A stretch of DNA of 64,000 nucleotides from Candidatus Binatia bacterium (lineage in GTDB: Bacteria; Desulfobacterota; Binatia; UBA12015), in the NCBI GenBank assembly GCA_035651755.1, contig DASRFA010000050.1, positions 40,374-104,373 of the forward strand. Reading direction: 5' to 3'. The notes under the pieces are model-generated. The model was not told where the DNA came from. It worked only from the letters and a program-made list of their open reading frames with translations, and did not search any database. Positions 46,901-56,753 of this stretch are shown here, piece after piece (the stretch's first letter is position 1; each line of letters opens with the position of its first letter). The position numbers and the translations under genes were made by a program.

Positions 46901-48319
46901 GTGAAGCCGGACGACCTCTGCTACGAGTCCACCGTCCGTCTCGCTCACCGGATACGCGGCGGCGAGTTATCGCCGCTCGAAGCCGTGCGCGCGTACCTCG
47001 AGCGCATCGCGCGGATCGACGGCGAGCTTCACGCCTACCTTCACGTCGCCGGCGACCACGCGCTCCGAGCGGCACGCCGCGCCGAGCAGGCGATCGCAGA
47101 GCACCGCGATCTCGGCCCGCTGCACGGCGTCCCGGTCGCGGTGAAGGACATCTTCGACACCGCAGGCATGCCGACGACGTGCGGATCGCCGCGCATCCTC
47201 GGCGGCAACCTGCCGGTGCGCACCGCGACCGCCGTGGAGCGGCTCGAGCAGGCGGGTGCGATCGTCCTCGGCAAGCTCCACATGACCGAGTTCGCCTTCA
47301 TCACGCACCATCCCGAGACGCCGCTCCCGCGGAACCCGTGGGCCGCCGACCGCTCGCCCGGCGGCTCGTCCAGCGGCTCCGCGATCGCCGCGGTCGCCGG
47401 CCTCGCGAGCGCGACGCTCGGAACCGACACGGCGGCGTCGATCCGCCAGCCCGCGGCGTGGTGCGGCGCCGTCGGCCTCAAGCCGACCTGGGGCCGCGTG
47501 TCGCGCGACGGCGCCTTTCCGCTCTCGGCGTCGCTGGATCACGTCGGCCCGATCACCCGGAGCGTCGCAGACGCAGCGCTGCTGCTTCACTGCATCGCCG
47601 GCCCCGATCCGCGCGACCCGTCGACACGGCTACAGCCCGCGCCGCCCGCGGAGCCGATGCCGCGAGACGACTTCGGGAACGTCCGGATCGGGTGGGACGA
47701 GGAGTTCGCGACGATGGGCGTCATGCCCGAGGTCGTCGCGGCGGTGCGCGCGGCGCGCGACCGCATGGAGCAGCTCGGCGCGACGATCGTCCCGGTCTCC
47801 CTTCCGGACCTCGAGACGACGCTGGCCACGATCGCCGACGTGTTCGACGTCGAGATGCGGGCGGCGCATGCGGCGCTCCATCCCGAGCGTGCCGCCGACT
47901 ACGGACCGCTGACGCGTCACGCGCTCGCCCACGTCGCGACGCGCGATCCGCTCGTGCACGTCGACGGCGCGATCCGCGCGCGCGCGTTCCGGCAGCGGAT
48001 CGACACGCTCTTCGACGACGTCGATGTCCTCATCTGTCCCGTGTCGCCGCTCACGGCCTCGCCGCAGGTCGACGCCGAGACGATCATCCAGATCTTCGGA
48101 AGCGACCATCGCAACGTGCTGCGCTTCGCCCGCCTCACGAACTACTGGAACCTCGCGGCCACGCCCGCCATCTCGTTGCCGTGGGGCTTCGCCGGCGACG
48201 GCCTGCCGCTCGCCGTGCAGCTCGTCACGCGGGTCGGAACGGACGAGGCGCTGCTCGCGCTCGCCGCGCGATTGGAGCACGAGGCGCCCGATCGCGGGCG
48301 CCGTCCCGCGCTGGGCTAG
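46901..48319 (+). CDS. Amidase (amidase-signature family), second copy in the window.
   Basis: GTG start with an AGGGAG RBS. PVAVKDIFDTAGMPTTCGS...GGSSSGSAIAAVAGLASATLGTDTAASIRQPAAWCG. Confidence 0.9.
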   Translation: MKPDDLCYESTVRLAHRIRGGELSPLEAVRAYLERIARIDGELHAYLHVAGDHALRAARRAEQAIAEHRDLGPLHGVPVAVKDIFDTAGMPTTCGSPRILGGNLPVRTATAVERLEQAGAIVLGKLHMTEFAFITHHPETPLPRNPWAADRSPGGSSSGSAIAAVAGLASATLGTDTAASIRQPAAWCGAVGLKPTWGRVSRDGAFPLSASLDHVGPITRSVADAALLLHCIAGPDPRDPSTRLQPAPPAEPMPRDDFGNVRIGWDEEFATMGVMPEVVAAVRAARDRMEQLGATIVPVSLPDLETTLATIADVFDVEMRAAHAALHPERAADYGPLTRHALAHVATRDPLVHVDGAIRARAFRQRIDTLFDDVDVLICPVSPLTASPQVDAETIIQIFGSDHRNVLRFARLTNYWNLAATPAISLPWGFAGDGLPLAVQLVTRVGTDEALLALAARLEHEAPDRGRRPALG

Positions 48320-48554
48320 ATCGACCGGTTCACGACCCCGCATCCGGCCACGTGCACAGCACTCCGTTCGTCGCGACCCCGTCGCCGATGTGAAAGGCGG
48401 CAGCGTCGTCGGCGGCCGCATCGGGCTGCAGTGGACGCACTGAAGCCAGGTCGTTCGCTTCGTCCGCCGAGCATCCGCTGAATCCCCATCTGCGTCCGCG
48501 CTGCCCCTTGACGGCGATCGGGGCGCGCGACAAGCCGGAGCGTGAGGACCGGCG

Positions 48555-49394
48555 ATGTCGCGGCGATCCGCCTTTCTCGCGAGCGCGCTCGTCGTTCCGA
48601 TCGTTCTTGCCATGTCCTTCGCGGATCGCCTCGTCTACTTTCCGGTCGGCCCGCACGACGCGACCCCGACGGCGCTCGGGCTCGCGTACGAGGACGTTCA
48701 TCTGCAGGCGAGCGACGGCGTCGCGATCCACGCCTGGTTCGTTCCCGCGGAGGAGAGCGCTGCGACGCCGCGCGCCGTGGCGCAGCGCCCCGCGGTCCTC
48801 TTCCTCCACGGCAACGCCGGCAACATCAGCCATCGCCTCGACAAATTGGCCGTGCTGCACTCGCTCGGCGCGAGCGTCCTCCTGCTCGACTACCGCGGGT
48901 ACGGCGCGAGCGAAGGCACACCGAGCGAGGAAGGGCTCTACCGCGACGCCGACGCCGCCTACGACTGGCTGATCGCGCGCGGCGTCGCGCCGGCGGAGAT
49001 CGTCCCGTACGGCGAGTCGCTCGGCGGCGCGGTCGCGACGGATCTGGCCGCGCGGCGGCCCGTCGGCGGCCTGGTCCTCGAGAGCGCGCCGACCAGCATC
49101 ATCGAGGTCGCGCGTCACCACTACCCGTATGTTCCGGTCGCGCTCTTGCTATCCGATCGCTACGACGCGGCGTCGCGCGTCGCGCGCGTGACGGCACCGA
49201 TCCTGATCCTCCACAGCCCGGACGACGAGATCGTCCCGTTCGCGATGGCGGAGGAGCTCCTCGCCGCGGCGCGCGGGCCGAAGCGGCTGGTGCGGCTCGC
49301 AGGCGGCCACAACGACGGGTTCCTCGTCGCGGCGACCGCGTATCGCGAGGCGCTCCGCACGTTCCTGGCCCGCCGCGTTCACGGCGCGCCATGA
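48555..49394 (+). CDS. α/β-hydrolase (YqiA/BAAT-like esterase).
   Basis: VLFLHGNAGNISHRLDK...GESLGGAVA (GxSxG)...HSPDDEIVPF. 279 aa. Confidence 0.85.
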   Translation: MSRRSAFLASALVVPIVLAMSFADRLVYFPVGPHDATPTALGLAYEDVHLQASDGVAIHAWFVPAEESAATPRAVAQRPAVLFLHGNAGNISHRLDKLAVLHSLGASVLLLDYRGYGASEGTPSEEGLYRDADAAYDWLIARGVAPAEIVPYGESLGGAVATDLAARRPVGGLVLESAPTSIIEVARHHYPYVPVALLLSDRYDAASRVARVTAPILILHSPDDEIVPFAMAEELLAAARGPKRLVRLAGGHNDGFLVAATAYREALRTFLARRVHGAP

Positions 49395-49487
49395 CGCTGC
49401 TCGGCAACGGCGGGTTGCCCCTCCGACCGGATCCGTGCCACGAGAGCGGCGCGTCCGAGGGGCTCCGAGCGCGAAAGGAAACGCGAG

Positions 49488-50363
49488 ATGCTGAAGCTTG
49501 GGGGCTGGACGATCGGGTCGATCGCCGTCGCGATCGCGCTGACGGCGCGGGCCGCGACCGCCGACAGCGAAGCGACGACCGCCGCGCCGGAGCCGTCGGC
49601 CGCTCCGTCGGCTGCCGAGGCGAAGCAGCTCGATCCCAAGGCCGTCGACGTTCTGAAGGCGGCGAGCCGCCGTCTGGCCGCCGCGAAGACGATGTCGTTC
49701 ACCGCGACCGCGGAGTACGAGAGCCCGTCGCGGCTCGGACCGCCGCTCGTCTACGCGACCGTCTCGCACGTGGCGCTGAAGCGTCCGGACAAGCTCCGCA
49801 TCATCACGCCCGGCGACGGCCCACCGTCGGAGTTCTACTACGACGGCAAGGAGATGATGGCGTACTCGCCGGCCGAGGACCTGGTCGCGGTCGCGCCGGC
49901 TCCGCCCACGATCGACGGCGCGCTCCGGGTCGCGTACGAGTCGGCCGCGATCTACTTCCCGTTCACCGACGTCGTGGTCGAGGACCCCTACCGCGACCTC
50001 GAGCCGAGGTTGCGGAAGGTCTTCTACATCGGACGCTCGAAGGTCGTCGGCGGAACGACGACCGACGTCGTCGGCATCGTGACCGATGACCTCTTCGGCC
50101 AGATGTGGATCGGCGCCGACGACAAGCTGCCGCGCGCGTATCGCGTGACGTACCTCGACGACCCGTCGCGCCTGCGTCAGGCCGTCGCGTTCTCCGACTG
50201 GAAGCTCGACGGGAAGGTGGACGACGCCGCTTTCCGATCGGCGAACGCGGCGAAGGCGAAGAAGATCGCGTTCGCGAGACCGGATCCGCAGCCGCCGGCG
50301 GCGAAACCGTCGCCGGACGCGACGAGCCAGCCGCAGGCGACGGCCGGCGAGCCGGCGAAGTGA
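49488..50363 (+). CDS. Secreted DUF2092 (LolA-fold-like) periplasmic protein.
   Basis: Signal peptide MLKLGGWTIGSIAVAIALTARAATA, then ...KTMSFTATAEYESPSRLGPPLVYATVSHVALKRPDKLRII... Confidence 0.7.
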   Translation: MLKLGGWTIGSIAVAIALTARAATADSEATTAAPEPSAAPSAAEAKQLDPKAVDVLKAASRRLAAAKTMSFTATAEYESPSRLGPPLVYATVSHVALKRPDKLRIITPGDGPPSEFYYDGKEMMAYSPAEDLVAVAPAPPTIDGALRVAYESAAIYFPFTDVVVEDPYRDLEPRLRKVFYIGRSKVVGGTTTDVVGIVTDDLFGQMWIGADDKLPRAYRVTYLDDPSRLRQAVAFSDWKLDGKVDDAAFRSANAAKAKKIAFARPDPQPPAAKPSPDATSQPQATAGEPAK

Positions 50364-50385
50364 TCGGGCTCGAGGAGGAAGTGCG

Positions 50386-51108
50386 ATGAAGACCTCGATC
50401 GTTGGAATGGCAGCGGCTCTGATCGTCGCCGCGTCGAGCGCGTCCGCGTATGCGTGGTCGCACACCGGGTTTCGCGGCGGCACGGCATCGGGGGGCGGCG
50501 GCTCGTGGAGCGCAACCGGGTTCCGCGGCAGCACGGCCTCGGGAGGCGGGGGCTCGTGGAGCGCGAACGGCTTCCGGGGCGGCACGGCTTCGGGCGGCGA
50601 CGGCTCGTGGAATGCGACCGGCTACCGCGGCGGGACCGCGTCGGGCAACGACGGCTACTGGCACGCCAACGGCGCCGACGGCGGAGCGGCGGCCGGCGGC
50701 TACGGCCGGTGGGCGGCCGTCGGCCCCGACGGCGGGGTCGCGTACGGGACGCACTACTACGGCGGCAGCTACGCCGCGTACCACCCGCCCACGACGGTCA
50801 ACACGTACTACGAGAGCGGCTGCTGGGATTGCGGCGGCTGGAACACCGCGGGAGCGGCGGCGGCCGGTGCGATGGTCGGAGCCGCCGTCGGCTCGGCGAG
50901 CGCGAACGCCTCCGCGTCCAACGCGTACGCCGCCGGCTACGCGGCGGGAAGCCAGTACCCGATCGGCTCGATCTACACGACGCTGCCCGCCGGCTGCACG
51001 TACATGGCGCTGCCCGGCGGCGCCTTCTACAAGTGCGGCGGCGGCGTGTGGTTGAGCCCCGCCTACGGCGCGAACGGCGTCTACTACCGCGTCGTCCCGG
51101 CGCCGTGA
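50386..51108 (+). CDS. Secreted Gly/Trp-rich tandem-repeat protein with a C-terminal Cys-containing domain.
   Basis: Signal peptide MKTSIVGMAAALIVAASSASAYA. About five copies of the ~17-aa unit (S/Y)W(S/N/H)A(T/N)G(F/Y)RGGTASGGGG, then ...YYESGCWDCGGWN...CTYMALPGGAFYKCGGGVWL. Confidence 0.75.
   Translation: MKTSIVGMAAALIVAASSASAYAWSHTGFRGGTASGGGGSWSATGFRGSTASGGGGSWSANGFRGGTASGGDGSWNATGYRGGTASGNDGYWHANGADGGAAAGGYGRWAAVGPDGGVAYGTHYYGGSYAAYHPPTTVNTYYESGCWDCGGWNTAGAAAAGAMVGAAVGSASANASASNAYAAGYAAGSQYPIGSIYTTLPAGCTYMALPGGAFYKCGGGVWLSPAYGANGVYYRVVPAP
50455..50660 (+). repeat. Tandem repeats of ~51 bp that encode the Gly-rich 17-aa units.
   Basis: Near-identical nucleotide blocks ggcacggc(a/c)tcgggaggcggcggctcgtggagcgc(a/g)a(a/c)cgg(g/c)ttccg(c/g)ggc recur 3-4 times. 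Confidence 0.6.
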
Positions 51109-51184
51109 TCGACGCGAAGCCCGGCGATCAGCGCATCGATCCGACCGGGACCAGGCGCGTTCGCCTCACCTTCGGAGGACGAAG

Positions 51185-51442
51185 ATGTCGATTCGTGGAT
51201 TGATCTTGACGGCAATGGTCGCGATGTCCGCTTCCGCCGCATTCGCGCAAGGCGGCCCGATGCGCGGAGCGAAGGCTGAGGAGGCGAAGATGGTGCTCGG
51301 AGCGTGCAAGCCGGACATCGCGCGCTTCTGCGGCCAGGTCCCTCCCGGAGAAGGGCGCGTGAAGGCATGCATGAAGCAGCACATGCACGAGCTCTCCGAG
51401 CCCTGCAAGGAAGCCCTCTTCCAGGCGTGGCTGCACGACTGA
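51185..51442 (+). CDS. Small secreted cysteine-rich-repeat protein of 85 aa.
   Basis: Signal peptide MSIRGLILTAMVAMSASAAFA, then ...ACKPDIARFCGQVPPGEGRVKACMKQHMHELSEPCKEALF follows the C-x3-D-x3-FC...G-x-G-x3-CL...LS-x2-C spacing of bacterial 'cysteine rich repeat' proteins. Confidence 0.7.
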   Translation: MSIRGLILTAMVAMSASAAFAQGGPMRGAKAEEAKMVLGACKPDIARFCGQVPPGEGRVKACMKQHMHELSEPCKEALFQAWLHD

Positions 51443-51445
51443 TCG

Positions 51446-52360
51446 TCAGCGCTTCCTCCCGGCCGCGCCGGCGCGGCGCTCCTCGAGCTCCTCGTACGTG
51501 CGCGGCCAGTCGTCCTTGAGGAGGCGCGACAGCGCGCGGTCGGCGAGCAGCCGGCCGCCGGTCTGGCACCGCGCGCAGTAGTTCGCCTCGTTCTCGGCGT
51601 AGACGATCCGCTGGACCGGCGCTCCGCAATCCGGGCACGGCTTCCGGTAGCGGCCGTGCACGGCCATCCCGTCGCGGAACGCGGTCACGCGCTCGGGGAG
51701 GCCGGCGCCCGCTTCGGCGCGCAGGCGGTCCGTCCATTCCCCGAGGACCGCGCGCGTCGCGGCGTGCAGGCGCTCGATCTCCTGGTCGTCCATCTGTCCG
51801 GTCTGGCGGAACGGCGACAGGCGCGCGCGATGCAGGATCTCGTCCGAGTAGGCGTTGCCGATGCCGTCGACGAGGCGCGGGTCGGTGAGCGCGCGCTTCA
51901 GCGTGTGGTTCTCGCGCCGGAGCGCGGCGGCGAAATCGGCGCGATCGGCCGCGAGCGCGTCGACGCCGCCGCGATCGAAGGCGGAGAGCGCTGCCTCTCC
52001 CGCGACCAGATGGAGCGACGCGCGCTTCTTGCTCCCGGCCTCCGTGAGCACGAGCGTCCCGTGGTCGAAGTCGAACGCCGCCTGCCCGGTCCGACCGCCG
52101 CGCGCTCCGTGAGCGCGCCAGTGGAGGCGTCCCGCGATCATGAGGTGGATCACGAGGAAGAGGTCGCCTTCGAGCTCGATGGCGATCCGCTTCCCGATCC
52201 GACGGATACCGCGCACGCGGCGCCCGTGCGCCGCGGCGAGCGGCGGATCGACCGAGCGCAGGAGGAACGGGCTCGCCAGCCGGATGCCGCCGAGCACCCG
52301 ATCGACGACGAGCGCGCGGAGGCGCTCGACGTAGACCGTCACGTCGGGGAGCTCGGGCAC
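51446..52360 (-). CDS. Fpg/Nei-family DNA glycosylase/AP lyase.
   Basis: The N-terminus MPELPDV has the catalytic P2/E3. A helix-two-turn-helix region is present, and C-x2-C...C-x2-C forms a C-terminal zinc finger (CPDCGAPV...CARCQ). Confidence 0.9.
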   Translation of the reverse strand: MPELPDVTVYVERLRALVVDRVLGGIRLASPFLLRSVDPPLAAAHGRRVRGIRRIGKRIAIELEGDLFLVIHLMIAGRLHWRAHGARGGRTGQAAFDFDHGTLVLTEAGSKKRASLHLVAGEAALSAFDRGGVDALAADRADFAAALRRENHTLKRALTDPRLVDGIGNAYSDEILHRARLSPFRQTGQMDDQEIERLHAATRAVLGEWTDRLRAEAGAGLPERVTAFRDGMAVHGRYRKPCPDCGAPVQRIVYAENEANYCARCQTGGRLLADRALSRLLKDDWPRTYEELEERRAGAAGRKR

Positions 52361-52413
52361 GCGTACCGGCTATCAAAGCGCCGCCGCGCTGTCGCGACGG
52401 CGGACATCGCGCT

Positions 52414-53550
52414 ATGGGATGGCGCCCGATGCGCGGGTCGACGAGGATCGCGGAGATCGCCGCCGGACCGCTCGACGTGCCGATGCGCGAGCCGTTCGCG
52501 ATCGCGGGCGGCGAGACGACCGCCGTCCGGAACGCGCTCGTTCGCGTTCGGCTCGCGAGCGGCATCGTCGGGTGGGGCGAAGCGGCGCCGCTCGCCGCGT
52601 TCAACGGCGAGACGCAGGCGCAGGTCCTGCGCGAGGTCGCGGCCGCGGCCGATCGCCTCGTCGGGCGCGACGTCGCCGACTGGCGGCCGGTCCTCGAGGC
52701 GGCCGACGATCTCCTCGCCGGCTCCGGGGCCGCGCGCGCCGCCCTCGGGACCGCGATCGTCGACGCCGCGACGCGCGCCGCCGGCACGCCTCTCCGCCGC
52801 CTCTTCGGGGGCGCGTCCGCGAGCGTCCGCTCCGACGTCACGGTCGCGCTGGTCGACGCCGAGGCGGCCCGCCGCTCGGCGCGCCGCATCGTCCGCCTCG
52901 GGGTCGACACGATCAAGGTGAAGGTCGGCGCGGGAATCGACGAGGACGAAGCGCGCGTGCGCGCGGTCGCGGCCGCGGCGCCGCGCGCGCGCCTCCTCCT
53001 CGACGCGAATCAGGCGTTCACGGCGGGTCCCGCGATCCGTCTCGTGCGCTGCCTGCGCCGGGCCGGCATCGCGCCCGTCCTCTTCGAGCAGCCGGTCGCG
53101 CGCGACGACTGGCAGGGGCTCGCCGACGTCCACCGGCTCGCGCGCATCCGCGTGGCAGCCGACGAGAGCGTCGCGACGCGCGCGGACGCGGTCGCGCTCG
53201 CGGCGCGCGGCTGCGCGCAGGTCGTCAACGTGAAGCTCATGAAGTCGGGCATCCTCGCGGCATGGGAGATCGCGGTCGTGGCTCGCGCGGCGGGCCTCGG
53301 GCTCATGATCGGCGCGATGGTCGAGTCGCCGCTCGCGATGACGGCCGCAGCGCACCTCGCGGCGGGCCTCGGCGGGTTCGAGTTCGTCGACCTCGACACG
53401 TCGCTCTGGTTCGCGCGCGATCCGATGCGCGGCGTGCGGTTCGGTCGCGGCGGCCTCTACGACCTCCGCGTCGTGCGAGCGGGCGTCGGCGTGGTGCCGC
53501 GCGCCGCTTGGTCGACCGCGGTCGCGAACGGGCGCGCGACGCGCGGTTGA
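52414..53550 (+). CDS. Enolase-superfamily enzyme of the mandelate racemase/muconate lactonizing family, likely a dipeptide epimerase.
   Basis: ...IKVKVG...LLLDANQAFT...FEQP...ADESV... matches the MR/MLE metal-ligand/KxK pattern. 378 aa. Confidence 0.8.
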   Translation: MGWRPMRGSTRIAEIAAGPLDVPMREPFAIAGGETTAVRNALVRVRLASGIVGWGEAAPLAAFNGETQAQVLREVAAAADRLVGRDVADWRPVLEAADDLLAGSGAARAALGTAIVDAATRAAGTPLRRLFGGASASVRSDVTVALVDAEAARRSARRIVRLGVDTIKVKVGAGIDEDEARVRAVAAAAPRARLLLDANQAFTAGPAIRLVRCLRRAGIAPVLFEQPVARDDWQGLADVHRLARIRVAADESVATRADAVALAARGCAQVVNVKLMKSGILAAWEIAVVARAAGLGLMIGAMVESPLAMTAAAHLAAGLGGFEFVDLDTSLWFARDPMRGVRFGRGGLYDLRVVRAGVGVVPRAAWSTAVANGRATRG

Positions 53551-53577
53551 CGCGCGGTCCACGCGCGGCGTGCGTGC

Positions 53578-55668
53578 TCATCCGGGCGGCCCCGCAATGT
53601 GCACCGGCACGCGGAGCGGCGCGACGCCGCAGCGGGCGAGCGGAAGGTCCCCGCGCTGGACGAGCGAGACGACGAGGTCGCGCTGCCCTTCGGCGCGGCG
53701 GAGGTCGAGCGTCACCGGGACGTCGAGCGATCCGCCCGCCGGGACGTCGCCGGGAAGGCGGCGCGCGGGCGCGCTGCAGTCGCGGCCGCGCGACGCGAGG
53801 CACGCGACGATCGCGACCGCGTGCTTCGGAACGAACGCGAGCCCGGGCCACGCGCGGCTGCCGTCGTTCCGCAGCGTCACGGTGAGGTCGACGCGGCCTC
53901 GGGCCGGCCACGGCTCGGGCGGAGACTTCGCGAGCGCGATCTCGCCCGGGCAGGCGTCGCCGAGCGGTGCGAGCGGCGTGCCGTCGAGGGTCTCCGAGGT
54001 CGAGAGGAAGCGCGCCTGCCGCGCGCGATCTCCCGTCCGCATCACGCGGAAGAGGAGGTCGTCGCCGAAGCGACCGGCGAGATCGAGCCCGGGCGGCGTC
54101 GCGTCCCAATGCGCGCGCGCGTGCGGCGGGAGCTGGTCGAGGTGGACGAGGATCCACCCGAGATCGACCGTGTCCAGGAGCCGCTGCAACGTCGCCGGGC
54201 GCGTGAGACCGGCAGCGGCGAGCCCGTGGAGGTAGCCGACGGTCGCCGGCGGATAGCCGCTGTAGCCGTCCACGATCGGGAGCCAGTGCACCGTGCTCCG
54301 CACCATGCGCCGCCCGATCTCGACGAAGTCGCCGCCCGGATGCTCGAAGAGGGGCCGACCCTCGCCGTGGCTCGCGAGCCACGCGTCGGCGGGGTGCGGG
54401 CTCGTCACGATCGGGTCGGGCGCCACGTCGAGCGCGGGAAGCGCGAAGGACGCGAGCGCCGCGGCCGCGATCGCCATGGCTCCCGCGATCGCGGCGCGCT
54501 GCGGCGCCCGGTCGAGGAGCCGTGCCGCCCCGAGGCCCGCCAGGACGGCGAGACCCGTCTGAGCGACGACGAGGAAGCGAACCGGCAAGCGCACGGCGCC
54601 GAACCCCGGCACGACGGCGACGAGCAGCGAGTAGGGGCTCCACCACTGCGTCGCGCCGATCGAGATGCGCGGCCCGTGCGCGAGCAGCGTCCCGGCCGCG
54701 ACGAGCAGCACGCCGGCGAGCGTGACCCGTTTGCGCCCGCGCCACGGCGGCAGGACGGCGATCGCGATCAGCGCGTAGCCGACCCATCCGACGCTCCGGC
54801 GCGCGAAGAACGTCCGCACCGCCTGTGCCGTCACGTTCGGCCAGAGGCCGAAGGGCAGGGTCGAATAGTCCTCGGCGTCGGCCGGGATGAAGCCGCTCGC
54901 GCGCGCCCGCAGGAGCGGGATCGCGAGCAAGGCGAGGGCGGTGGCCGCGGCAGCGGTCGCCGCCGCGAGCCCGATCCAGCGCCGCGCATCCAGTCGATCG
55001 CGCCAGGCCCACAGCGCGAGAGGGATCCAGACGGCGTACGCGAAGGCCATCGCGTAGCCGAGGTAGAAGGACGTCGCCCCCTGGATCGCGAGCGCGGCCG
55101 CCAGCGCGACCGCGTCGATCGCGGAAGCGCGCTCGAGCCAGCGCTCCGCGAACAGGAACGCGAGCGGCATGCACTCGACGCCCAGGATGTGGAGGTGCGC
55201 GAGGTCGGCGAGGCGCTCGGGCGTGAACCCGTAGAAGAAGCCGGCGACGAGCGCGCCCGGCGCGGCGAAGAAGCGGCGCGCGAGCGCGTACATCGAGAGC
55301 GCGCAGACCGGCTGGAGCGCGACGAGGAGCAGGTTGCGCGCGAGCACCGCGTTGGCGGTCGCCCAGAAGACCGGCGCGTGCAGCGGGACGAGCCCGAGGA
55401 AGCTCTCGGAGTAGGCGAGCGAGCTCGGCGACGGGTGCAGGATGTTCGCGTGGAAGAGCCGCGACGGCGCGGTCGCGATCGCGTGCGCGTCCCACGCGAG
55501 CGCCCAGGTGATGAGCGAGAAGTCCGCCGACACGACCTGCGGCTGCCCCGCGAAGGTCGGGGTCGCGGTCGCCGCGGCGCGCGCGATCGGCCACAGCCAC
55601 CAGACGCCGAGCGCTGCGTAGGCGGCCGCCGCGAGCGCGACCTCGCGAAGGGAAGGCGCCGGACGCAC
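53578..55668 (-). CDS. Large polytopic membrane protein, GT-C/YfhO-like putative glycosyltransferase, with a C-terminal soluble domain.
   Basis: 696 aa. About 11 predicted TM helices in the first 430 aa, then a soluble C-terminal domain. Confidence 0.7.
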   Translation of the reverse strand: MRPAPSLREVALAAAAYAALGVWWLWPIARAAATATPTFAGQPQVVSADFSLITWALAWDAHAIATAPSRLFHANILHPSPSSLAYSESFLGLVPLHAPVFWATANAVLARNLLLVALQPVCALSMYALARRFFAAPGALVAGFFYGFTPERLADLAHLHILGVECMPLAFLFAERWLERASAIDAVALAAALAIQGATSFYLGYAMAFAYAVWIPLALWAWRDRLDARRWIGLAAATAAAATALALLAIPLLRARASGFIPADAEDYSTLPFGLWPNVTAQAVRTFFARRSVGWVGYALIAIAVLPPWRGRKRVTLAGVLLVAAGTLLAHGPRISIGATQWWSPYSLLVAVVPGFGAVRLPVRFLVVAQTGLAVLAGLGAARLLDRAPQRAAIAGAMAIAAAALASFALPALDVAPDPIVTSPHPADAWLASHGEGRPLFEHPGGDFVEIGRRMVRSTVHWLPIVDGYSGYPPATVGYLHGLAAAGLTRPATLQRLLDTVDLGWILVHLDQLPPHARAHWDATPPGLDLAGRFGDDLLFRVMRTGDRARQARFLSTSETLDGTPLAPLGDACPGEIALAKSPPEPWPARGRVDLTVTLRNDGSRAWPGLAFVPKHAVAIVACLASRGRDCSAPARRLPGDVPAGGSLDVPVTLDLRRAEGQRDLVVSLVQRGDLPLARCGVAPLRVPVHIAGPPG

Positions 55669-55786
55669 GCTGCTCCATGAGCGGCGGCCGGCCGGGTGTC
55701 AACGCGCACGGGCGCTGCGCTGCGCCGCGCGCGCGTCGACCTTGTCGCGAGCGGCGCGGACCCCGACAATCGGTCGCGAGACCGCC

Positions 55787-56725
55787 ATGCCGAAGCCGGG
55801 GAACCGCCGCAGCGAGGGAAGCCGGACGCGAATCGCGGCCGCGCCCGCCCGCGGTCCTCTCGCGGCCGGGCGGCGGCGCGCGCGACCGGAGCGCCAGCCC
55901 GACGGGCACCTGTACGACCCGGCGTTCGTTTCGCCCGCCGAGCGCGAGGCGATCGTGCGCTGGCTCGCGGGCCTCCGGCCGCTCTGGGAAGACCGCTTCT
56001 CGCCGCACTTCCCGCCGCCGCCCGGCCAGTCGCAGCGCCGCCTCCTCCGCCCCGTCTACTGGCTCGGGAACTGGCAGTTCGCGTGCCTCGGGTACTACCG
56101 CCCGCCGCGCGGCGTTCACGACCGCTGCGTGCGCGCGGAGCCGTTTCCCGACGTCCTGGCCGGCCTCGTCCGCCGCATCGAGGCGCGCGCCCGCGCGCGC
56201 TTTCGCGGGCCCGACCTGCCGCGCGGCTGGCGGCTCAACACCTGCCTCGTGAACCTCTACGGCAGCCGGCGCGAAGGCGACGCCTGGATCGACAGCGCGC
56301 GCGTCGGCGAGCATCGCGACTTCGAGCCCGGGCCGGTCGCCTCGGTGTCGCTCGGCGAGCGCGCGCTCCTCCAGTTCGTCGGCCCTTCGCGGCGCGGCGA
56401 GCCGGGCGACGTCGTGTTCGAGCAATGGCTCGACGACGGCTCGCTGCAGATCTTCGGCGGCGAGCGCTGGAAGGACCGGACGTTCCACCGCGTCCAGCGC
56501 GTCGACCGGCGCGGCGGGCACGAGCTGCCGCCGGCGATGGCGGACTTCCGGACGAGGCGCGTCAACTTCACCTTCCGCTACGTGCCGGACGAGCACGTCG
56601 TCCGCTTCCGCGACCTCTCGCCGCCGGCGCGCGAGGACGTGCGGCGCTACGTCGCCGAGCTCGCCGAGGGCTCCACGTTCTTTCGCGCCGAGCTCGCGCG
56701 CTGCGACGACCGTGCCGGGACGTAG
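55787..56725 (+). CDS. AlkB-like Fe(II)/2-oxoglutarate-dependent dioxygenase.
   Basis: LYDPAFVSPAEREAIVRWL..., NTCLVNLYG, GDAWIDSARVGEHRDFEPGPVASVSLGERALLQF, and LQIFGGERWKDRTFHRV. The HxD...H and R..R motifs are present. Internal ATG of ORF 55742..56725. Confidence 0.8.
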   Translation: MPKPGNRRSEGSRTRIAAAPARGPLAAGRRRARPERQPDGHLYDPAFVSPAEREAIVRWLAGLRPLWEDRFSPHFPPPPGQSQRRLLRPVYWLGNWQFACLGYYRPPRGVHDRCVRAEPFPDVLAGLVRRIEARARARFRGPDLPRGWRLNTCLVNLYGSRREGDAWIDSARVGEHRDFEPGPVASVSLGERALLQFVGPSRRGEPGDVVFEQWLDDGSLQIFGGERWKDRTFHRVQRVDRRGGHELPPAMADFRTRRVNFTFRYVPDEHVVRFRDLSPPAREDVRRYVAELAEGSTFFRAELARCDDRAGT

Positions 56726-56753
56726 GCGTCGCGCCGGCTCGCCGTTGCGCGCG

